A stretch of 64,000 nucleotides of DNA from a virus (lineage: Duplodnaviria; Heunggongvirae; Uroviricota; Caudoviricetes). A program made the position numbers and the translations under genes. The first letter of the stretch is position 1. The number at the start of each line of letters is the position of its first letter. Of the stretch, positions 55,833-64,000 are shown piece after piece. The stretch lies in IMG/VR virus record IMGVR_UViG_3300047476_001238, positions 15,712-79,711 of that record; one strand, given 5' to 3'. The notes under the pieces are model-generated. The model made no database searches and was not told the DNA's origin. It saw nothing but the letters and a program-made list of their open reading frames with translations.

Positions 55833-56160
55833 TGCTCTGTTTAATAATAGTTGGATTTTCAGGCGCAGAACCTCTGACGTTTCTCAATACCCAACTGCTG
55901 TAATTTATAAAAGCTGCGAAAGGATAAGAAACTATTGCCAGTGATGCAGTTAAACAAACAAATAAAAATAAAAACAAAATTGTAAACACAGTGAACACAA
56001 TTTCAAGCATGAAATTCCAAAAACCATTTACACCAATATCAAATTCTGGAGTCAGGCTCCGACCTGAATTGTGGGATCTGATGTGTGTTCGTAATGATTC
56101 TATCTGTTCGATACCACGCATTACCAAAATTTCAAGCAAACCACGATACAGCTCAGTCAT
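55813..56160 (-). CDS. hypothetical membrane protein (115 aa)
   Basis: Central hydrophobic helices. Confidence 0.4.
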   Translation of the reverse strand: MTELYRGLLEILVMRGIEQIESLRTHIRSHNSGRSLTPEFDIGVNGFWNFMLEIVFTVFTILFLFLFVCLTASLAIVSYPFAAFINYSSWVLRNVRGSAPENPTIIKQSNEQEKK

Positions 56161-56428
56161 AAATTTTACTCCATTGTTTTAGTTTCAGTTTTTTGTTTTG
56201 TTTGGCGTCATCTAATCTTTTTTGATCTAGCACACCTTGTTCCAACAATATATCAATCATTGCAAGAACATCACCAATTTCAATTTCAAGCATATGATTG
56301 TGTTCGATTCCGGTTTTATAATGAACGGAATCTAATCCGAAGCGACGACATTTGCTAACTTCGACAATCACTTCAGCGCACTCTTCTTGAAGAATATCTA
56401 GGGCTTCTTGTGTTTTATCATTCATCAA
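56153..56428 (-). CDS. MazG-like nucleotide pyrophosphohydrolase (small)
   Basis: EECAEVIVE and EIGDVLAMIDIL resemble the MazG EExxE...E/D motifs. Confidence 0.55.
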   Translation of the reverse strand: MMNDKTQEALDILQEECAEVIVEVSKCRRFGLDSVHYKTGIEHNHMLEIEIGDVLAMIDILLEQGVLDQKRLDDAKQNKKLKLKQWSKIYD

Positions 56429-56675
56429 CTAGATCCAACTCTTCTACAATAGGAGCAACTGACCAATCGGTATTATCTCTAATATCTTTAATCATTTCGT
56501 CACAAGCCTGTTGTGCCTGATCTTTGTTGACGTAAGCTTTTTCGAAAATACGATTTCCGTCGGCAAACTCTGCCATGGCAATATAAATTTTTTTCATGTT
56601 ATAATTATAAACGATTTGAAAATTATTGTCAATGAACTTTGGCATCAGTGCAGCTTTTACACAAACTGTCTGCAC
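56418..56675 (-). CDS. hypothetical protein (85 aa)
   Basis: Coupled ORF. Confidence 0.35.
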   Translation of the reverse strand: MQTVCVKAALMPKFIDNNFQIVYNYNMKKIYIAMAEFADGNRIFEKAYVNKDQAQQACDEMIKDIRDNTDWSVAPIVEELDLVDE

Positions 56676-57477
56676 TGTAGCAAGGTTTCATATTTTCTCT
56701 GATAAGATTTACCATAGGAGATCCGGTATACAAATCATCGTAAGAATCGCGTACCAAGTTTCCTATCACATGTTTTAAATCGTAATCCATACAGCACAAA
56801 ACTACGTCTCCGTTTGGTAATAATACATGCTGATCGTAATTTGCTGTTTTGCTGCAACTGACCGGGCGTTCATGGCGAGTAATAAAATTTACTGGTTGCT
56901 CTTTGACTTGTTCTTTGTTAAGACTTCCTGCTCGGTCATGACCAAACCAATTGTAAAGCTGTATTCCCAAATGGCTGAGATCTTTGTGTACTTTACCATG
57001 ATTGCTCATGGTCATTGCTTCAAGTTTAATATTGGCTTCTCGTACTGCGGTGGTCACCATATGGAATACTGCTTCCCATTCGGTGCTGTATTTCCACCCT
57101 CGCATGTTTCCGTACTCATCTGGAAAATGTACACTCAGCACTTCAATTTGTGCTCTGTACCGGTAAAGTAATGGTATCACTCGCTCGGCAGTTTCAATGT
57201 CCCAATTATAAAAAGTAGTGTAGATAGCCACATTGTGTCCAGAAATCAATGCATGCTCTAACATGTCTGTTGCAGCAGGATTGATCCAGGCTTCGGCCAT
57301 GCCCGAAAAATCAATTCGAGTATTTTTTGGCACCTTTGATAGTGCTGTTTTGAATGTGTCCAGACTCATGTACTTGACATCATTGCCATACATTTCTCTG
57401 AGATTGTCTTGAGGACAAAAATTGCACATCAGTGAACAACCAATCATGGTTGTTATTTCCATTGTAGGTCTTTGCAT
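56629..57477 (-). CDS. radical SAM enzyme with a SPASM/twitch-like Cys-rich C-terminus
   Basis: CSLMCNFC (Cx3Cx2C) at residue 14 and a C-terminal VLCCMDYD...CYSADSLCKSC cluster. Confidence 0.8.
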   Translation of the reverse strand: MQRPTMEITTMIGCSLMCNFCPQDNLREMYGNDVKYMSLDTFKTALSKVPKNTRIDFSGMAEAWINPAATDMLEHALISGHNVAIYTTFYNWDIETAERVIPLLYRYRAQIEVLSVHFPDEYGNMRGWKYSTEWEAVFHMVTTAVREANIKLEAMTMSNHGKVHKDLSHLGIQLYNWFGHDRAGSLNKEQVKEQPVNFITRHERPVSCSKTANYDQHVLLPNGDVVLCCMDYDLKHVIGNLVRDSYDDLYTGSPMVNLIRENMKPCYSADSLCKSCTDAKVH

Positions 57478-57481
57478 GTTT

Positions 57482-58942
57482 TTACTTATCGCGTTTTTGA
57501 CGTGGAGTTGAATCTTTATCTCGTGGTTCGGCTTGACGACCTTTTGGTCTAATTTGAACTCGCGTTTGTTCCGGATCTGGAACTTCTAATTCTTTAAACT
57601 TTCGATCTTGTACCTTGGTTATTTCTTCAAGCAAGGAACCTTTTTCAATGTAATTTCTTACATAAGGTCCTGACTTTTTATTTTCTACTTTGCAACGAAT
57701 TGAGATCAATTCTCGTTTGGGATTCTCAACATCGTGAATACTGATTTCTGGTCGTGTCTTGCCTGTATAACTAGCGGTTAGATCTATTGTACGTAATTTG
57801 TATTCTAAATTTTTAAATCGTAAAATCTTGAATCCGCCTTTGTCAAAATCAACCAATTCCACATTTGGATCACCCAGTGTGGCGAAATGTGTCACTGCAT
57901 GGGCCACTTGATCCACAAAGCGGGCTTCTTCGGTATCATCATTACCGGCAAGTCGTCTTTGTAGTTCTTCGGTGATCTGACGATACATAAACTCTACTGC
58001 TTTGATTGGATCTTTTTTGTATTGTTTTTCAAATTTGTCAACATACGGAGCAACATCAATACCAAAGTATCCAAATAGTTTGGTCATTGACTGTGTGTCA
58101 CTACCGCCTACTTGCCCAAATTGTGCAACGCCGCCGACCTTCAAACTAGCATTAAGTTTTAAGGTACGCATAGCACCGTTTTGATCTCTGATGCCTACCC
58201 ATACATCAGACTTCTTTTCAGTTTCGCTAGCTGCACCATCAGCAACAATATTGATCTCATCTGCTTTACCGTTAAGGTAGAAGTACTTGCTGTAGCGTTC
58301 GGCCATTGCACTATTAACATAAGCCGCTGCACTGTTGAGTTCGTTAACAAGAAGCTTTCGCTTCATGGGATTCATTAGATCTTGATACGGTCCTGTTTTT
58401 AATCTTAGAACAAAACTGATAGTGTCAGCTACTTCACTGTCGGCATCGTTAACAGTGACGCTGTAAGTATCGTCACCTTGTGACTGTAAACTATCAAGTA
58501 CATTGGTAATGTCTGCTGAACTAACAGTGCCCACTTCCTCGCTGGGTTGGCGTTTTGTAAATTTAGCGAACATGGCTGCACCAAGAATACCCTCACTGAC
58601 TTCACCCCTATTGCTGATAGCTGCTTCTTTGCTGTGATTTAAAGCACCTTGTATCGCACTGGTTGTACCTTGTACATAAAAATATATGTTATCTTCGGTT
58701 CTAAATTCATAAACATCGTTGCCTTTTCCCATTACTACCACAGTTTCGCCACGTTGGGTAAGTGCCTGATCTCCTAAGCTTTTGTTAGTAAGTTCAATTG
58801 GTCCAACAATTTCAAGCCCTTGTTGTACAAGCAAGCCCGACAACATTTGCCCAGACTGACTATTACTGACAATAAATTTTTGCCCTGGGCCGTACTTGCT
58901 TAGGGTCACTTCGTTAAGAATAATGTTTATAAGATCGCGCAT
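57482..58942 (-). CDS. hypothetical protein (486 aa) with a basic C-terminal tail
   Basis: Large ORF with no motif. C-terminal KGRQAEPRDKDSTPRQKRDK. Confidence 0.5.
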   Translation of the reverse strand: MRDLINIILNEVTLSKYGPGQKFIVSNSQSGQMLSGLLVQQGLEIVGPIELTNKSLGDQALTQRGETVVVMGKGNDVYEFRTEDNIYFYVQGTTSAIQGALNHSKEAAISNRGEVSEGILGAAMFAKFTKRQPSEEVGTVSSADITNVLDSLQSQGDDTYSVTVNDADSEVADTISFVLRLKTGPYQDLMNPMKRKLLVNELNSAAAYVNSAMAERYSKYFYLNGKADEINIVADGAASETEKKSDVWVGIRDQNGAMRTLKLNASLKVGGVAQFGQVGGSDTQSMTKLFGYFGIDVAPYVDKFEKQYKKDPIKAVEFMYRQITEELQRRLAGNDDTEEARFVDQVAHAVTHFATLGDPNVELVDFDKGGFKILRFKNLEYKLRTIDLTASYTGKTRPEISIHDVENPKRELISIRCKVENKKSGPYVRNYIEKGSLLEEITKVQDRKFKELEVPDPEQTRVQIRPKGRQAEPRDKDSTPRQKRDK

Positions 58943-59022
58943 AATAACATATTTACCGGTTTTAAATATTCTGTTAATTCATGTTGCACTGCAATAAATA
59001 TACACAACAACTAAAGGAAACT

Positions 59023-59193
59023 ATGACCATCGACTTTGAAAGTATCAAAGAACGTCTAAGAGAGATGTTCCCGAACCAATATAAAAGCGACATCGAACAA
59101 TATATTGAAAGCAAAAATCCAAAGAATGCTGCTGATGTAGAACATTATATGAAGCAGTGGACTTATAGTAGTCAAAAATATCAAGGATTATGA
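59023..59193 (+). CDS. small hypothetical protein (56 aa)
   Basis: AAGGAA RBS 5 nt upstream of the ATG at 59023. A longer ORF begins at 58981. Confidence 0.35.
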   Translation: MTIDFESIKERLREMFPNQYKSDIEQYIESKNPKNAADVEHYMKQWTYSSQKYQGL

Positions 59194-59243
59194 TGCGCGG
59201 ATTTATTCAAGCCTTAATCGAAGCAAGACAACGTCAAGCAGAT

Positions 59244-60032
59244 TTATATCTGCGCTGCTTGACTGCCGGAATCTAATCGTTCAATATCTTCTTCGACACA
59301 TTGCTCGCCGTATTGAATTTCAACAATTGTACAAGGTCGCGTAAACGGATTAGTCAGTTGATGCCAGGTGTTTTTTGGTACACGCCATTCATCGTACTTT
59401 CCTAAGATTTTAGGCGGATTTTGCATATCTCCGGGCAAGGCCATATTGATCATACAGGTGCCCTCTGTCACCATCCAGTACTCATTGCGATGTTGATGGC
59501 GCTGCATACTGAGTGTTTGCCCGGGCATTACTTGTAATGTTTTTACTTTGGCACCGGGTATTTCATTTAGTACTGTATAACTGCCCCAAGCACGTTGAAC
59601 TTCAACCGAAGTCCAACGCTTTAAAATATCGCTGCTGCTGTTTAGTTTGTCATCACCGCCTACACCAAACACAAATTCAACATCGCTAAAAATCATTTCA
59701 GGAATGTTATCTTGAGTTCTATCCCCGCCATTGGCAAAAATGATTTTTCCTTTGGGGAACATCTCTTTGACTCGTCTTATAGCATCACAAGCAGTTCCGT
59801 CTGTGTCGTCAAACTCAATTACACGATCGACCATGTGTAAATTGTCTAGCACTGTCATGCGTTCGTGCCAGGTCATAAATGAACGCCCTTTTTTACGTGC
59901 AAGCCAAGCATCTGAGTTTAGCCCAACCACGAGCCAATCGCCCAAGTGGTCAGCATGGTTGAGGTAGGATATGTGTCCACTGTGTACTGGATCAAATCCG
60001 CCAGTGCATATTACAATTCGTTCAGCGTTCAT
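59244..60032 (-). CDS. bifunctional-looking sugar-phosphate nucleotidyltransferase (HIGH-motif cytidylyl/adenylyltransferase fold) fused to a C-terminal cupin domain
   Basis: N-terminal CTGGFDPVHSGH (HxGH). C-terminal QRHQHRNEYWMVTEG cupin motif. Confidence 0.65.
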   Translation of the reverse strand: MNAERIVICTGGFDPVHSGHISYLNHADHLGDWLVVGLNSDAWLARKKGRSFMTWHERMTVLDNLHMVDRVIEFDDTDGTACDAIRRVKEMFPKGKIIFANGGDRTQDNIPEMIFSDVEFVFGVGGDDKLNSSSDILKRWTSVEVQRAWGSYTVLNEIPGAKVKTLQVMPGQTLSMQRHQHRNEYWMVTEGTCMINMALPGDMQNPPKILGKYDEWRVPKNTWHQLTNPFTRPCTIVEIQYGEQCVEEDIERLDSGSQAAQI

Positions 60033-60790
60033 TCTTTGGGTAAATGGAAATCTTTGTCTAACCAGGTTGTAATTATTTCATCTTGCTTTACATAACCGTA
60101 CTTGTTTAAGCTGTTCATAACACTGTCATTTAACAAGTTTAAATCAGCTAAATCATACCACGATGTGGTTTTTGGGTCCATGGGTTCTATGTCTGTTTTG
60201 TATACCGCAGCAGAAAGCCATGGATCATTTTCTTCTTTTAGGAAATAAGCATCTCTACAATCAAATCCATTTACGGCCAACATGTACATCAAGTTAATCA
60301 AGTTGTGATTATAAAAACACCCGTTATAACTGTGTGTTTGAAGTCTGTTGTAGGAGTAGTGAATGGCCTGTGGGAAAATCATCAACAGCATGCCATTGAC
60401 ATTTAACTGCTTGTTCCATGTTTTCAGCGTCAACAAAGGATTGGTAATATACTGAAAAGTATTATGACACCAAATAAAATCTATGGATCTGCTGATAGGA
60501 ACTTCGTCACCATCAATATCCTTGTTGACTAGATAAACATTCTCTAGTTTTTTTAGATCAGGATCTAGATATTTAAAATCTCTGTCAACTGCGTATGTTA
60601 GATAATTTCGCGGCTCTGGCGGATCATCTCGCGTTTCCAAGGTAGCCCACCAACGTGTGTCTAGCCCAGATCCACATCCAAAGTCAGCCACTGATTCTAA
60701 ACTGTCAAGAAAGCTATCGTAGCCATACAGTAAATCTAAAGTCTTTTTACTGTGTTCATGACTTTCATATGCGTTTTTAAACGGAACCAT
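60029..60790 (-). CDS. class I SAM-dependent methyltransferase
   Basis: VADFGCGSGLDT motif I, with acidic post-I and motif II spacing. Confidence 0.65.
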   Translation of the reverse strand: MVPFKNAYESHEHSKKTLDLLYGYDSFLDSLESVADFGCGSGLDTRWWATLETRDDPPEPRNYLTYAVDRDFKYLDPDLKKLENVYLVNKDIDGDEVPISRSIDFIWCHNTFQYITNPLLTLKTWNKQLNVNGMLLMIFPQAIHYSYNRLQTHSYNGCFYNHNLINLMYMLAVNGFDCRDAYFLKEENDPWLSAAVYKTDIEPMDPKTTSWYDLADLNLLNDSVMNSLNKYGYVKQDEIITTWLDKDFHLPKE

Positions 60791-61031
60791 TTTTTAATAC
60801 CTCTATAACTATTTTTTCTTTTAAGGGTTTTAATCTAGACTCCAGCTGATTGCATGCTTCGGCCAATTCTAATTCTGATCCCCAATTCAATGCATGTATC
60901 AGATGAGTTGCCCATCTACCACACACATCTTTTTCGATTTGAATATCTACTGCGTTGTATTTTGGCTTGGCACTAGAGCACAGAGCCCACTCGTATAATA
61001 TGTTCTTTGCATGTTCTTTATAGTCCATCAA
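60777..61031 (-). CDS. hypothetical protein (84 aa)
   Basis: Coupled ORF. Confidence 0.35.
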   Translation of the reverse strand: MMDYKEHAKNILYEWALCSSAKPKYNAVDIQIEKDVCGRWATHLIHALNWGSELELAEACNQLESRLKPLKEKIVIEVLKNGSV

Positions 61032-61480
61032 AGTGTGATATCTTCCATTCCTGCTGTTCTTAAACGAACAACATGGCCTAACATAAAGTTTTTACTTTCT
61101 AGACCTTTCATGACTCCGAGCCATCGATTTCTAAGAAAAGCAACTTCATTAATAATAGTTTCATAATCAATAACTTCGTCTTCACCGTCCACATATTTCT
61201 CGGCATCCCGGGATGATAGCGAACGAGCGTAGGATTCAAGATATTTCTGAAAGTGTTTGCGTCGTATCTTACGAAGTTGTATATTAAGATAATTAAGTAC
61301 AGCTTCGATTTCCTGAAGTTGGTTGAACCTGTGTTCCGTAATACCTGGTAGGCCCGCGGTGGACTTCTCCAGGTTTCCCTTAATAGCTGTATCATATTTT
61401 GCTTGTTGGAGTTCACCTTCGTAATAATTTATGAAGTCAGGTATATTACCAAGATCTGCAACTATTCGATTATACCACAT
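61028..61480 (-). CDS. hypothetical protein (150 aa)
   Basis: Coupled ORF. Confidence 0.4.
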   Translation of the reverse strand: MWYNRIVADLGNIPDFINYYEGELQQAKYDTAIKGNLEKSTAGLPGITEHRFNQLQEIEAVLNYLNIQLRKIRRKHFQKYLESYARSLSSRDAEKYVDGEDEVIDYETIINEVAFLRNRWLGVMKGLESKNFMLGHVVRLRTAGMEDITL

Positions 61481-62747
61481 ATTTTTCTAACCATGGAAAC
61501 AAGACTCGCCAATTTGTATTACGCCGTCTATCTTTTTCATCAAGGAACGTAAACAATTTTACTAGTTCTTCATTGTTTTGTACACTACATTGGCATTCAG
61601 ACATTATTCCTTGCATGTATTTTACTACAGTTTTTTCTTCTTCGGAGTCTGTTTTCATTAGGCTTAAAATTTTAGCGAACGACTCTTGAAATTCGCTGCC
61701 TCCTAATATTTTTGGGTGCATATAAGTTGGCCCTGTTTGTGCCGATGGTGTTGTAAAATACTGTCCAATTTTTCTCTTTTTACTTTGTTCATTTAAGTAT
61801 TCCAACAACTCTGGCATGGTTTTGATAGTTAATACTGTAATAACTTGATTGATATTTAATTTGATCCAAGCTTGATCAATTAGATATTCAAAATTCTTTT
61901 TCCATTGTTCTAAATCTAGACCGCTGCGAACGTATTCCTGCTGAGGACCAAAACAATCTATGCTGCATGTGATGTCTAGTCTTTTTATTTTTTTAGTTGC
62001 CAGCATGTTTTGAAACTGTGCAATAAACTTTTTTAACATCTCATGAGGAACCATTAAATTTGTCACGATGTTAATTTCACAATTGGAATTTTTTTGTTGT
62101 GATAAAAAATCAAGCAGTATCACAAATTCTCGTTGAAAGAATGGTTCTCCACCAAGTACATTTAATCTTTCTAGACTAGAATAGTTTTTATCTAACCATT
62201 CGAGTAATAAAGGAAACAATTCTGCAGAATTATCTTGTGCAATTGGTTTTAGTGTTATTCCGTTTTTATCAAAATTGCCAAATTTGATGTGTTCTTGATT
62301 TATAACTGAACTGTTAGATGGGCTGCAATATAGACAGCCCAGGTTGCAAACATTGTTTAGATATACTTCAAGAATTCTAGGACTTACTATAACCGCAGTG
62401 GGATCATTCTCTAGTTCTACAGGCACTTGATCCGGAATTGCAAGATGTTGCATCCTGTCACTGAATCCGCCAACTTTTTCTATTTCTTGACAATGACTGC
62501 AATTGTGTTCCGGCCATTCACCAGCAAGCATGTGTTGTCTATCTTTTATCACATGCTTGTTGTTGTGAAAATTAAAAAAATTTTCTTTATTTAATGGATG
62601 AAAAGTGGTCCGATGGCAACTGGACGATACCCCATTATGGAGGTACAGAGTTGACCAGGACCACTTTAATTTACAGGCAGTTTCTGTGTTTATAGGAAAA
62701 AATTTTTTTTCCTTATTCATCATCGTAGTCGTCGGGTTCCTCATCAA
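61470..62747 (-). CDS. radical SAM enzyme with a SPASM/twitch-like domain (paralog 2 of 17869-19032)
   Basis: CNLGCLYC (Cx3Cx2C) and LGGEP. The N-terminal Cys/Trp-rich extension (CKLKWSW...SCHRTTF) parallels the other paralog. Confidence 0.8.
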   Translation of the reverse strand: MMRNPTTTMMNKEKKFFPINTETACKLKWSWSTLYLHNGVSSSCHRTTFHPLNKENFFNFHNNKHVIKDRQHMLAGEWPEHNCSHCQEIEKVGGFSDRMQHLAIPDQVPVELENDPTAVIVSPRILEVYLNNVCNLGCLYCSPSNSSVINQEHIKFGNFDKNGITLKPIAQDNSAELFPLLLEWLDKNYSSLERLNVLGGEPFFQREFVILLDFLSQQKNSNCEINIVTNLMVPHEMLKKFIAQFQNMLATKKIKRLDITCSIDCFGPQQEYVRSGLDLEQWKKNFEYLIDQAWIKLNINQVITVLTIKTMPELLEYLNEQSKKRKIGQYFTTPSAQTGPTYMHPKILGGSEFQESFAKILSLMKTDSEEEKTVVKYMQGIMSECQCSVQNNEELVKLFTFLDEKDRRRNTNWRVLFPWLEKYVV

Positions 62748-62934
62748 CCACGTATTCTTTTAATGCTCTGGCAAGTGCAGCATCTGTGGCTCCAAACACT
62801 TTGAGTTCTTCATCGGACAACATATCAACCATAACACTCATTAAGTTGTCTGCACACTCTTGGCGATCTTTTGTTGGGACATAAGATTTCATAATTGTGT
62901 ACAACTCAACTAACACTTCTACATCAATGCTCAT
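62713..62934 (-). CDS. small acidic protein (73 aa)
   Basis: ORF with an Asp/Glu-rich tail. Confidence 0.35.
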   Translation of the reverse strand: MSIDVEVLVELYTIMKSYVPTKDRQECADNLMSVMVDMLSDEELKVFGATDAALARALKEYVVDEEPDDYDDE

Positions 62935-63998
62935 TCTACAGTTTCCTCTTCTGATTGAACAGCAGCAGTATCTTTATGCGGATTCTTTGCAAAGTCTTCC
63001 ATGACCTTGTCCAAGCTGCCGTCATCATTGCGCTCCCACGCCTTACGGAATTGCTTGATAACGGTACCGTCTGCTAGCGTGTATTTAAGACTGTTGCCTT
63101 CTTTCTGCAATAAACCTTTGCCTTCAAACATGTCTACTAGCCCTGAGTACGGATTCATACCAGATTCATAAGGAATCTTGACTTGTACACTTTCAAAAGG
63201 CTTGGCATAGCGTGTTTTCATGATTTTACATGCGGCACGAATACCTTTAACTTCCGAAATCTTGTTGCCATCTTCATCTTCTTTGAGCTTGAGCTTACGC
63301 ATAGCAACAACAATTGAACTTGCGTAAATGAAGCCTTGTCCGCCCGAGATCTTGTCATCAGGGTCAAACATGTCTTGGCTAGCATAGGTATGATTTGTGG
63401 CAACCAGACCGATGTTCAAGCTACCAAACATGTTTACACAATTACGTACCAGAGCTGTCAGTGCCTTGGGCTTACGACCCATGTCACCTTTCAAGTCACC
63501 GGCTTCAAATTGATTAACATCTGTGGGAGTTAATAACATACCCAAGCTATCTAATACGATTAACACTTTAGGACGCTCAGTCTCTGGTAGTGTTTTGTAC
63601 TCTTTAACAAACTCTGTGATCATTTTAGCAACGTCATCGATCATTGCCATGTTGAGTTTGAGAAGCTTGTTTTCAGAAGTATCGACGCCGAGTGCGTGAA
63701 GCCAGGCTTCGTCGAGTGCGTTTTCAGTATCGATAAGAATAACATATATACCTTGTTCTTGTGCGTTCTTAACCAGATTTCCTGAGCAGATAAAGCTTTT
63801 GCCTGCACCAGACTCTCCAGCAAATACAGTAACCTTACCCATTGGAATACCCTTATTAAAGTCCCCGCTAATAAGATAGTTGAGAGCGTAATTGTTTGTG
63901 GAGATCCAGTCTGTTGGGTCGTTAAATCCGACACTGATACCGTCAATACTTTTTGTAATACTTTTGCGAAACTTGCTTACGTCAAATGGTTTAGCCAT
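62931..63998 (-). CDS. uvsX: UvsX (RecA-like) recombinase
   Basis: Walker A FAGESGAGKSF. ATNHTYASQDMF and NPYSGLVDMF correspond to the T4 UvsX INHTYETQEMF and DPYSGLLDMA blocks. Confidence 0.85.
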   Translation of the reverse strand: MAKPFDVSKFRKSITKSIDGISVGFNDPTDWISTNNYALNYLISGDFNKGIPMGKVTVFAGESGAGKSFICSGNLVKNAQEQGIYVILIDTENALDEAWLHALGVDTSENKLLKLNMAMIDDVAKMITEFVKEYKTLPETERPKVLIVLDSLGMLLTPTDVNQFEAGDLKGDMGRKPKALTALVRNCVNMFGSLNIGLVATNHTYASQDMFDPDDKISGGQGFIYASSIVVAMRKLKLKEDEDGNKISEVKGIRAACKIMKTRYAKPFESVQVKIPYESGMNPYSGLVDMFEGKGLLQKEGNSLKYTLADGTVIKQFRKAWERNDDGSLDKVMEDFAKNPHKDTAAVQSEEETVE

Positions 63999-64000
63999 GA

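Overview
This 64 kb window looks like a T4-like myovirus genome segment. It is AT-rich, almost entirely coding, and more than 90% of genes are on the minus strand in long translationally coupled operons with ATGA/TAATG overlaps. Core T4-type replication and recombination genes are recognisable by motif: class Ia ribonucleotide reductase (nrdA, nrdB) with a glutaredoxin-like nrdC, a gp41 DnaB-type helicase, a gp61 primase, UvsW and UvsX. T4-type late promoters (TATAAATA, plus a CTAAATA variant) and a family of sigma70-like early promoters (TTGACN-N17-TGnTAYAAT) are visible, together with several bidirectional terminators. Around this core sits an unusually rich accessory load. The window contains five radical SAM enzymes: four SPASM/twitch-type and one B12-binding type. 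The B12-binding enzyme sits in an operon between an IscU Fe-S scaffold and a HesB/IscA carrier. There is a complete-looking ADP-heptose pathway (HldA kinase, HldC adenylyltransferase, HldD epimerase) with two GT9 heptosyltransferases, a sugar C-methyltransferase and NDP-sugar dehydratases. A second, plus-strand glycan locus carries a minimal split transketolase, an FkbM methyltransferase, two SDR enzymes and glycosyltransferases. A nutrient-uptake island encodes an OprO/P-type phosphate porin, PstS, a small outer membrane beta-barrel and a TctC/TctA tricarboxylate-transporter pair. Single genes of note include a PRMT-like methyltransferase, an LmbE-like deacetylase, a 2OG-Fe(II) oxygenase, an SPFH lipoprotein and an AAA+ ATPase. 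Several late-expressed proteins of unknown function probably include virion components. No rRNA, tRNA, CRISPR or mobile element was found. All calls are motif- and context-based and made without database searches.
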